A stretch of 64,000 nucleotides of DNA from a virus, in IMG/VR virus record IMGVR_UViG_3300028025_003409, positions 45,058-109,057 of that record. One strand, given 5' to 3'. This document shows, piece after piece, positions 18,800 to 26,827 of the stretch; position 1 is the first letter of the stretch, and each line of letters begins with the position of its first letter. The position numbers and the translations under genes were made by a program. The notes under the pieces were generated by a model, which was not told where the DNA came from, made no database searches, and was given only the letters and a program-made list of their open reading frames with translations.

Positions 18800-18985
18800 T
18801 TTTTAAAATCCCTCAAAATTTGGGACGTCCCGCCGACCAGTCATTGTCAAATCGACACGCCGTTTACGAAGGGTGATCTTTGCCACAATGTTCGATTTAT
18901 CCACATCTAACTATCCCGATTTGCATATGTCAGTCAGTCCTGCTATACTTAGAATTCAACAACAAAAAGAAAGAAGGAAAAACCT

Positions 18986-20008
18986 ATGGCACATGACCTA
19001 GAAACTCAAAACGGAAAAACATCTTTTGCGTCTTTCCGTGAACCTGCTTGGCATGGATTGGGTACCGTATTCACAGAAGAGAAAACAACCGCAGAAATGC
19101 TAGAGGCTGCAAACCTCAATGGTTGGAATGTTCGTCTTGAGGATTTGGAAACCCCTACACATCTAACAAGCGACAAGGCGTACCAATATGTCTTGCGTAC
19201 AAATCCTACCGACAACACACAAACCGATATTCTTGGTGTAGTTGGTGAGCGATACCATGTTTTGCAGAATGAAGATTTATTCTCATTCGGTGATAACATT
19301 CTTGACGGCGGAGGTCGTTGGGAGACTGCTGGCTCAATCAAGGGTGGTCGTGTCGTGTTCGGTGCATTAGCACTAGAGCGTGAAACAATTCTTGACCCTA
19401 ATGGTGTTGCAGACAAGGTAAAAACTTATTTGCTCATCAACACATCACATGATGGCTCAATCGCTATTCAAGCAAGCATTACACCCGTTCGTGTCGTGTG
19501 CGCTAACACTCTCAATCTTGCGCTTGGTGGCGTAGGTCGTAAGAAGAATAAGGGTATCAAGCAATCTTTCAAGATTCGCCATACACAAACTGCAAATGGT
19601 AAAGTGCAAGTTGCTCGTGAGACTCTTGGTCTTGCTAATGCATACATGAACGAATTCGATATCATGGCTAAGGCAATGATTGAGAAAGAAGTTTCTGCTA
19701 AGCAATTCAACGACATCATTCTTGCTGCTTACGCTAAGCCTGAAAAGGATTCTAAGGGTTCACTAAAGAAGTGGGAAAATAAAGTTGATGTTATCAACGA
19801 TATTTACACTGGTGAATTCAATGGAATGATTGCGGGTAATGCGTGGGGTGCTTTCAATGCACTAACCGAACGCCTTGACTGGTATCGTTCTGCTCGTGGT
19901 GGTTCTAACGAATCTATCCTTGCAAGCGCAAGCGGATTTGACCCTGCTATCAACGCAGAAAAAAATCGCTTACTAAAAGTTGTGCAGAATGTAATGTCTC
20001 TCGCATAA
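18986..20008 (+). CDS. DUF932/DUF945 phage-plasmid family protein
   Basis: PAWHGLG, LGVVGERYHVLQN, WETAGSIKGG, SHDGS, RVVCANTL, IRHT. Confidence 0.85.
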   Translation: MAHDLETQNGKTSFASFREPAWHGLGTVFTEEKTTAEMLEAANLNGWNVRLEDLETPTHLTSDKAYQYVLRTNPTDNTQTDILGVVGERYHVLQNEDLFSFGDNILDGGGRWETAGSIKGGRVVFGALALERETILDPNGVADKVKTYLLINTSHDGSIAIQASITPVRVVCANTLNLALGGVGRKKNKGIKQSFKIRHTQTANGKVQVARETLGLANAYMNEFDIMAKAMIEKEVSAKQFNDIILAAYAKPEKDSKGSLKKWENKVDVINDIYTGEFNGMIAGNAWGAFNALTERLDWYRSARGGSNESILASASGFDPAINAEKNRLLKVVQNVMSLA

Positions 20009-20015
20009 TAAAAAA

Positions 20016-20043
20016 ATTCCTGAGCAAGAATAAAAACTGCTCA
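20016..20043 (+). ncRNA. small H-type pseudoknot element, copy 5
   Basis: AUUC/GAAU and UGAGCA/UGCUCA. Confidence 0.6.
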
Positions 20044-20049
20044 CCATTT

Positions 20050-20123
20050 GGTCCGTTAGAATAGTTGGTTAGTTCGCCACCCTGTCACGGTGGAGGTCAT
20101 GGGTTCAAGTCCCATACGGATCG
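20050..20123 (+). tRNA. tRNA-Asp (GTC)
   Basis: cloverleaf GGTCCGT/ACGGATC, anticodon arm CCACC-CTGTCAC-GGTGG, TTCAAGT T-loop. Confidence 0.92.
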
Positions 20124-20314
20124 CAAGTAAATAAATATGCAACGCAATGTATAAAAATTTGGGACGTCCCCTGTGACTTACATCACATGAGATTTTTAAC
20201 TAAATAACTTTACGATAGGGTGATATTTTCCCCAAAAATTCTTTACGATAGATTTGACTTTTTCCCCAAACCATGCGATAATTAATATATAACCCACTAA
20301 AAAAGGAAAACCCC

Positions 20315-20740
20315 ATGAGAGACAGATCAAAAGGATATATCGGTCAAATCGTTGACGGTAAAAAGTTAGCCACAATTGCAAATAATATCTATCGCCTACA
20401 GTATAGTAATGACTTTAGTGAGTGTACTGTAGATAATCTACTGTTCATTACCCTCGAAGAAACCAATGTCTTTGGAGACAACAAGTACGCCTTGGTTTGT
20501 TCAGAAGGAGTGGGCTGGGAGCAAGATACTTATGGATGTCTAGAAGTACCAACTAACATTGGCCAAATGGGTCTATGGAATGGAAGAGTATTTATATCAG
20601 TAGATACCGTTAAGGAATGTCTAACAGATCAAACAGAAGACATTGCAGACTATGTCCGTGTCTTTGGAGACAGACTAGATAGGAACTGTTCCCTGTGGCA
20701 GTCCAAGATGTCAGTGCCTAGTGCTATGATAAATGCATGA
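20315..20740 (+). CDS. hypothetical protein
   Basis: AAAGGA RBS. Confidence 0.65.
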   Translation: MRDRSKGYIGQIVDGKKLATIANNIYRLQYSNDFSECTVDNLLFITLEETNVFGDNKYALVCSEGVGWEQDTYGCLEVPTNIGQMGLWNGRVFISVDTVKECLTDQTEDIADYVRVFGDRLDRNCSLWQSKMSVPSAMINA

Positions 20741-21040
20741 ACACAATAAATGACCTTATAAACGAAATCTATGACGACAACTTCTCTCACCTTGAGTTTG
20801 AGGAGAATATGGGCGGTATCGATTGTGACTGCCATATCCACACTACACTAAACACTATTGCTAAGTATGCAGGGATTGAGGTAGGATAATGTTAGGCTAT
20901 ACTGAAACTGATATTGCAGTAATGACAGATGCTATGGAAGACGCTATCAAATCAGGTAGGCTCTCTGATGAGATAACAGATGGTTTGGAGAAGGCTATGT
21001 CTTTCTTTGATGGCCTATGGGCAGAAGGGTATTTTGACTA

Positions 21041-21247
21041 ATGAAAGTTAGAATCAGTCTTGAACAAACCATTGATATAGATGATGCTATGTCTAATGAT
21101 ATAGGGTTTGAACTCTATGGTCCCCCTGACATGAGCACTGAAGATAAAGTAGATTATCTAATGGCTCGCTTTGCTGAGGACATAGACACTATGGTAAAGT
21201 ATGATGAAGTATTGGGTAACATCTCAGTAGAATACATAGAGGACTAA
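21041..21247 (+). CDS. acidic hypothetical protein
   Basis: operonic ORF. Confidence 0.55.
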   Translation: MKVRISLEQTIDIDDAMSNDIGFELYGPPDMSTEDKVDYLMARFAEDIDTMVKYDEVLGNISVEYIED

Positions 21248-21248
21248 T

Positions 21249-21479
21249 ATGTGGAGTAGGTATACCTTTGTTTGTGATCCTGATGAGTGTGATGCCCTGG
21301 TTGAGTTTACTGCTAGGGATGACTTTGGATTTCCCCTGGGAGTTGTCGAAATGAGATGCCCTTGTGGTAGGATGTTAAACTATATTAGTTATGAAGAAGC
21401 CTATCAACCGATCATTACAGATGTGAGCAAGGTCACACCCCGTACAGTTGTCAAAATCGACTCGAACCCGTATAATTAA
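21249..21479 (+). CDS. small Cys-motif protein
   Basis: CDPDEC...CPCG; GAGG RBS. Confidence 0.6.
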   Translation: MWSRYTFVCDPDECDALVEFTARDDFGFPLGVVEMRCPCGRMLNYISYEEAYQPIITDVSKVTPRTVVKIDSNPYN

Positions 21480-21482
21480 TAT

Positions 21483-21683
21483 ATGAATACAATTATAGAA
21501 TATATGAAGTTACACCTGCTCAGTCTTGAACAAGACTCTGCTCACCTTGAAAAGCAAATGGATGCTTATTCTAACTATGAGGATGATGACTACCGTATGC
21601 TAGAGATTGAAGATATCTCTACTAATGGTCAGATTATCGCTACCGCCCACCTTTTGTCAGTGGCTCAGGGTATGATAGAGTAA
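21483..21683 (+). CDS. hypothetical leaderless protein
   Basis: TTGTCA-17-TATAAT directly upstream of ATG. Confidence 0.6.
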   Translation: MNTIIEYMKLHLLSLEQDSAHLEKQMDAYSNYEDDDYRMLEIEDISTNGQIIATAHLLSVAQGMIE

Positions 21684-21961
21684 TGGAAACAACACAACTA
21701 GAGCCAAGACTGCAAAGACTCATTGACCTAGGAGAGTCAGGCACTGACATACTCCATGGTGAACTCAAGAACTTAATGCTTGAGGCCGAAAAGGAATTCC
21801 TTGAGGCACAACAGATTGAAGAAGACAACGACTACTCAGACGCTATGGAGTCTATGGAGCGTAAGTACTGGGAAGGCCAGTGCGACGCATTAGCCCATGT
21901 CTATGCATTAACTTATCAACTAGCATTTGCTCTCAGTGACAGGATAAAGAACAATGGATAA
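21683..21961 (+). CDS. hypothetical protein
   Basis: TGTCAG-N10-TATGAT (21655) directly upstream of ATG. Confidence 0.6.
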   Translation: METTQLEPRLQRLIDLGESGTDILHGELKNLMLEAEKEFLEAQQIEEDNDYSDAMESMERKYWEGQCDALAHVYALTYQLAFALSDRIKNNG

Positions 21962-22487
21962 GTTTATCGAAATGGACTTTGACGAGTGGTGTGAGACCTA
22001 CAAGCCAATCGTTAATCATATAGATACAAATGCCTCATTTGACAATGGCGAGGGTGGCATTATGTTTGAGACCTACGGCGACGAGGTTGAGTTTGTAAAG
22101 CAGCAAGACGCTAATAAGATATGGATGTATGGGGACGGAGACGACGGTGGAAGTTATATCTGGTCTGGTTGGGGCTTTGTTAATAGGCTTGGTTATTTTA
22201 TCACTGATAAACCTTGCCCAGATAATGTGACCATTCAGGTACGAGTTAGTTACAATTGGTTCTACTGTGAAAACTGTGGGGCTGAGTTTGAAGACCCTGA
22301 TAATACTATCAGAGATAAGTTTGATGAGGCCGATTTGGAAAAATGCCCAAATTGTGCTACACTTGAAGAAATGACCCAAATAGAAAAAGGAGACCCAATG
22401 AAAGAAAATGAGCAAGTAGACGAAGTACTAGTAGACCCTGAACTGCTAAAAGATGTTTGGTTTGATTTAGGCAAGGACGGTAAGTAA
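21954..22487 (+). CDS. hypothetical protein with C-terminal zinc ribbon
   Basis: FETYG...GFVNRLGY; CENC...CPNC. Confidence 0.65.
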   Translation: MDKFIEMDFDEWCETYKPIVNHIDTNASFDNGEGGIMFETYGDEVEFVKQQDANKIWMYGDGDDGGSYIWSGWGFVNRLGYFITDKPCPDNVTIQVRVSYNWFYCENCGAEFEDPDNTIRDKFDEADLEKCPNCATLEEMTQIEKGDPMKENEQVDEVLVDPELLKDVWFDLGKDGK

Positions 22488-22632
22488 TGTCAACATACAA
22501 AGTAGAAGTAATCTTTGAGCCAACAGGCGACTACATGAATTTTAGATACGAGGCGGAATCAGACAATGAAGAGGACCTCTGCAGAGAAGTATTAAACCAA
22601 CTATCAATTGTATCTTGGAAGGATGAAGAGTA

Positions 22633-22992
22633 ATGGGAGCACGGATTAACTACGTATTCAAAGACAGTGAGCAGGGCCCTATGGTTGCTCTATACAGCCA
22701 TTGGGGTGAGACTGAGTGGCAGCGGGACCTAGCAATGGCGCTGCAGCATGCAAAACCCCGCTGGCAAGATTCTGCATATGGTACACGGATGATCATTAGT
22801 TATCTTATGCAAGACAGCATTCTAGAGGAGACAGGCTTTGGTATTTACGCTATTAGCAATGACGGGTCCCTTGACCTAGGTGACCTTACAGTACTAGTCG
22901 ACTTCACTACCAATACTGTTACTGATAGAGTTTCGGTACCGTTTGATAAATTCATGGATGCATATCTACCAGTTTTAGTTGAGCAGGCATAG
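22633..22992 (+). CDS. hypothetical protein
   Basis: MGAR...LYSHWG motif. Confidence 0.65.
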   Translation: MGARINYVFKDSEQGPMVALYSHWGETEWQRDLAMALQHAKPRWQDSAYGTRMIISYLMQDSILEETGFGIYAISNDGSLDLGDLTVLVDFTTNTVTDRVSVPFDKFMDAYLPVLVEQA

Positions 22993-23018
22993 ATCTAGGG
23001 TCAGACTGTGCCTAAGGG

Positions 23019-23043
23019 TGGGGGTAAGCGTGGGGCTTGCCTC
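23019..23043 (+). terminator. GC-rich hairpin, probable terminator
   Basis: GGGGGTAAGC-GTGGG-GCTTGCCTCC. Confidence 0.45.
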
Positions 23044-23082
23044 CCCCTAACTTTTGCGGTATAATGGAAGAGAGGAGGGACT

Positions 23083-23307
23083 ATGGCGTATTCAGTAAGA
23101 CGGAAAGCAGAGCATAACAAAGAGTCAAGAAAAGCAGAGCAGTTGGCAAAACTTCTTACAGAAGATTTCTCCATAGACCTAGAACGGGTTGGATACTATC
23201 TAGTAAGAAACATGCCCACAATCGTGTTTCATAGATTTGATGTTTTAGCCTTGACAGCACAAGAAGAGTATGATAAACTAATGGCAGAGATGAAGGGTAG
23301 ACTATAA
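23083..23307 (+). CDS. hypothetical protein
   Basis: AGGAGG RBS, TATAAT upstream. Confidence 0.65.
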   Translation: MAYSVRRKAEHNKESRKAEQLAKLLTEDFSIDLERVGYYLVRNMPTIVFHRFDVLALTAQEEYDKLMAEMKGRL

Positions 23308-23619
23308 ATGGATTTTGCAGATAAGGCTGGAGCGATTGGTCAGTTATGGATTGAGTTCCGTAATGATGAAGATTTCTCGGCATTCATGGATTACAACGAC
23401 CTAGGTTGTCCAATGGCATACATGGTGGCAGAAGGTTTGATTAAAGAACTTACACCTATTGGTGAAGAGATGATTACTGAAACATTTAAGATGTTTCTAG
23501 AGTTAGTTAATGTTACAGAGGAAGAGATTGACTCTGTACTTCCAGATAAGAACCTTGGTTCTATCTTGGTCTTTGCTCACAATAAGAAGAAAAACTCAAC
23601 ACCAGACGAAGAAGAGTAA
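23308..23619 (+). CDS. hypothetical protein
   Basis: operonic, acidic. Confidence 0.65.
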   Translation: MDFADKAGAIGQLWIEFRNDEDFSAFMDYNDLGCPMAYMVAEGLIKELTPIGEEMITETFKMFLELVNVTEEEIDSVLPDKNLGSILVFAHNKKKNSTPDEEE

Positions 23620-23699
23620 CAAGATTATCCTTGATCCCTGGGCTTGACAAAAGCCTGGGGTTATGGGACGTCTCAGGACGTCAAATCGGACATATCGGA

Positions 23700-24650
23700 C
23701 AAACCTCTCAAACCTTATATTTCTAAAAATAAGATTACGAAGGGGTTTTTTCTTTTCCCCAATCATGGACAAACCATCTTTCTCAAAAAAAGATTACGTA
23801 GCACAAAAACCTTTCCCCATTCATGGCTTATACCATATCAAACCTTGTTTGTCAAACCTTTATATTTGGTGTTATAATAAAGATATGAGTCCAAGACACT
23901 TTGCAAACTATGCAAAACAATATCCTAAACAATATCAGGCATTCTCCGATAACATGTGGAATAGTTTTGTAGGTATTACTCATACTATAGGTTTGGGTAG
24001 ATTCTTTTCATTCACCCCCGAATTTTTAGCGCCCCCGCTCACCAAGGCATCTGGCGTTTTTGCTGAAGCAGATCTTGAAGCATTAGATCCCACCAAAATC
24101 GGGCGGGAATTAGGCAAGGTATACAATCAAACACTACCTGATAACAAACCTCTATAGTATAAAACCCTCTATAGAATAGATTACGAACCCTTGATTATTT
24201 TTCCCAGAGTTTTAGAATATTATCCAAACCTTTATATAATTTTATAAAGGTTTTCTTTATTTTCTGAGCAAATTCGAACAAATTTCATATGAATTTTATG
24301 GGCATATTCATGCATAGAAGGACTTGACAAACCATGGTTTTGCATGTATAATGCCCAAACCTTACTATGGGAAAGAAGGTTTGACAATATCGGGAATATG
24401 TGGTAAGAAGGTTTGAAGGTTTGGGATATGGAGGTTTGGCCGTAAGAAGATTACGACGCCTTCTATAAAAGCGCTCTATCCTCCACTACTCTCCACTTTA
24501 CTCCACTTCTAGACTATCTAATTAAATAATCAGTAACATTTATCTGTGGATAAACCTGTGGATAACTATGATCAAAACCTTACAAACCAGACATTACGAA
24601 CCTAACAATATATCTCCCAAACCTCACAACCTGTGGATAACTGCTATACT
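23700..24650. other. putative replication origin-like locus
   Basis: many CAAACCT/AGGTTTG copies switching strand near 24370, perfect TTGACA-17-TATAAT, CTCCACT x3 at 10-bp period, AT-rich stretch, three TGTGGATAA DnaA boxes. Confidence 0.55.
23885..24157 (+). CDS. hypothetical leaderless protein
   Basis: TGTTATAAT followed by ATG 23885; upstream part of track ORF 23663 is regulatory DNA. Confidence 0.5.
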   Translation: MSPRHFANYAKQYPKQYQAFSDNMWNSFVGITHTIGLGRFFSFTPEFLAPPLTKASGVFAEADLEALDPTKIGRELGKVYNQTLPDNKPL

Positions 24651-24750
24651 ATAACTATGCTAAATGTCCTATGCTTTGACTGTGGTGGTATGTTCCAGGT
24701 ATCATATGAAACTCCAAACCCTACTAAACAATGTCCAAAATGCCAGGGGA

Positions 24751-25062
24751 TCAAGTCTCCTTTATAGCCTTGTTGACCATACGGATCAAACCTCGTCTAG
24801 TGATCTTACTAGCATCAAATGTCTCCGTATAGCCCCCTTGTGGCATATCCGCCTTATCTAGAAAATAACCATGCTTTGCCCTTAGTGTTCTTAGTACTAG
24901 GGTTTCTACTGTTCTCGCTTTATCCCGTTCGAAAAAATACCAATACTTGACGAGTATCCATCCTTTGGTCCTATGGCTTGCAAACCTCTTGCCTGAGACA
25001 TCAGATATCCCTATCTTGACAGCCTTGTATACTGGGCTGTATAGGATGTATAGTAGGGTCAT
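24751..25062 (-). CDS. GIY-YIG-like (T5orf172-type) nuclease domain protein
   Basis: LYILY...VKIGIS...R...E...GGYTETF. Confidence 0.65.
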   Translation of the reverse strand: MTLLYILYSPVYKAVKIGISDVSGKRFASHRTKGWILVKYWYFFERDKARTVETLVLRTLRAKHGYFLDKADMPQGGYTETFDASKITRRGLIRMVNKAIKET

Positions 25063-25284
25063 TACTCTATTATACTTGACATACCGTGCAAAATTGGATA
25101 TACTTGAAGTATGACTAATCAAGAGATATCTGACCTATTAAATAAAGAATCTTACAAGGTTTGGGACACTGCTAAAGTAATTAAGAACCAAGACTACCAT
25201 GATGGACTGGTTAAGGGTTTGAAGATGGCTGCTCAGTTTGTTTCTAAACTTGACTAAACCCTCAACTTAAGGTATACTGGATAT

Positions 25285-25515
25285 ATGCAACTATTTATGA
25301 GCGAGTATGCCTCGTGGGTGCTCGCTGTCATTGGAGTCACAGGCATCTTCTTTGTTGGTCGTAAGACCATTTGGGGATGGTTCGTACTCCTATTCAACGA
25401 AGTTCTTTGGATAGCCTATGCCCTATATACAAACCAGTATGGCTTTATATTTAGCGCACTTGCCTATGCAGCAGTTTATCTTAAGTCATACCTACACTGG
25501 AGGCGTGAAGAGTGA
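25285..25515 (+). CDS. PnuC-like small membrane protein
   Basis: three hydrophobic helices, GRKTIWGW...WIAYA. Confidence 0.55.
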   Translation: MQLFMSEYASWVLAVIGVTGIFFVGRKTIWGWFVLLFNEVLWIAYALYTNQYGFIFSALAYAAVYLKSYLHWRREE

Positions 25516-25923
25516 AGCCTAAAGAGTGTGTAAAGTGTAAGATGGAAGTCAAAGATCCTTTATTCTGGGATACACATCAGACTATGACAGATGACTGGAT
25601 TTGGTGTGCTAAGAAATCTTGAGATACCTGATCCATTCCAAACCTTTGTAGCCAAAAAATATGCTAACGCTAAGGGTGCTGTCTATGACTTCTTTAGCGG
25701 TGAATGGTCTTATACCTGTGGTGCTTGCAAAGAGCCTTTATCTGGTCCGTCCCGCAAAATATTGACAAAGATTCGCCTATACCACAGTAGAAATGAGTGC
25801 TTAAATGGATACTGAACAAACCTTCGATCAAGAGTTTAGTGTTGAAGAGATTACGAAAGCCATTGTAGATCAGGCTAAGGCTGATGTTAAGTCTCGCTAT
25901 GGAAATAAGAAAAGACATAGACA

Positions 25924-26184
25924 ATGAGATCTTGTAGTGCCATTACGAAAAAGAAAAAGCCATGCCCAATTTATGTTGATGACTGGCGTACCGTTGATCT
26001 TTGCCATGTACATGATCCAAATGGAAAGTTTAGAACACAGGTAAGAAATGGCACTACCAGAAGGCTAAGGAAAGAGAACTCTCCTAAGGCTAAGAAAGAG
26101 TGTCAGCATACTTGGTATATGCGTGAGGATGGTATACAATGTACTAAGTGTCTAGTTATATGGGAGAGCGATGAAAGAGCCTAA
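25924..26184 (+). CDS. small zinc-binding protein
   Basis: CSAITKKKKPC...CHVH and CQHTW...CTKC. Confidence 0.55.
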   Translation: MRSCSAITKKKKPCPIYVDDWRTVDLCHVHDPNGKFRTQVRNGTTRRLRKENSPKAKKECQHTWYMREDGIQCTKCLVIWESDERA

Positions 26185-26234
26185 GATTGCACAGATGGAT
26201 TGGCGTAGCCTAGGTTACTGGCCTATCTGGAAAG

Positions 26235-26603
26235 ATGGAAAGAAAGTGTGGGTGCCTAAGGATGATAAATCATTCGACAAAGACACAAAGAACTAAGATA
26301 TGGCCTTTACGATGGATAGGAAATTTTCTTGGTGGCTATGCTGGTAATCATTTAGTTAAGTGTGTTAATATGGATGAGGATGAAGAGCATGGCCTTGCCT
26401 ATAAGTACCACGCAAAAATGTGGAAGTATCTTAATAAGCCCTATGAGTGGTGGGGAACATACTACACCATAGATATGGATGCTTGGAGAGAAGAGTTAGA
26501 TCAGATGAAGTTAGACATGTCTGGCTCTGGTTGGGATGATTATGATGAGTTTGGTAAGGCATATTGGGATAAAGAAACAGATAGCGAGTCGCAAGACTCG
26601 TAG
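26235..26603 (+). CDS. hypothetical protein (start uncertain)
   Basis: ORF track; Trp/Tyr-rich. Confidence 0.5.
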   Translation: MERKCGCLRMINHSTKTQRTKIWPLRWIGNFLGGYAGNHLVKCVNMDEDEEHGLAYKYHAKMWKYLNKPYEWWGTYYTIDMDAWREELDQMKLDMSGSGWDDYDEFGKAYWDKETDSESQDS

Positions 26604-26827
26604 GGTTGTTTAAGTATCTCTATTTTGCGCCGAACTTTAAAAACTTGACATCCATCCGCCGAACCTGTATAATTGGTATATGAGTATAGACGAAATGATT
26701 TTGCGAGAAGAAATTGCAAGGGCTATTGAGGCTTTGCCCATTGAACCATCAAAAACAAATGCTTTGGGCATGCGTATTGCTGCTGCTCAAATAGCAAGGG
26801 GAGACGATAACTATATGACTAAAATGT

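Larger units (their letters stand above)
11725..23682 (+). repeat. dispersed GGGACGTC motif at module boundaries
   Basis: copies at 11725, 12826, 13951, 15611, 16940, 18822, 20161, 23665 (plus GGACGTC at 23676), all between convincing genes. Confidence 0.9.

Noticed and set aside
11725-23682. Classical integron attC array
   Set aside because: No integrase in the window and no RYYYAAC/GTTRRRY-bounded long imperfect hairpins; cassette behavior remains only a hypothesis
23644-23884. ORF 23644-23877 and the 5' part of 23663-24157
   Set aside because: They run through GGGACGTC, repeat motifs and a promoter; the real start is probably ATG 23885
9600-24000. Stop-codon reassignment as the reason for many short ORFs
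   Set aside because: Short ORFs have their own RBS and start codons, long genes are intact under the standard code, and all three stops are used
26101-26122. TGTCAG at 26101 as another PafBC-type promoter
   Set aside because: No TAnnnT at the N10 position and it lies inside a coding region
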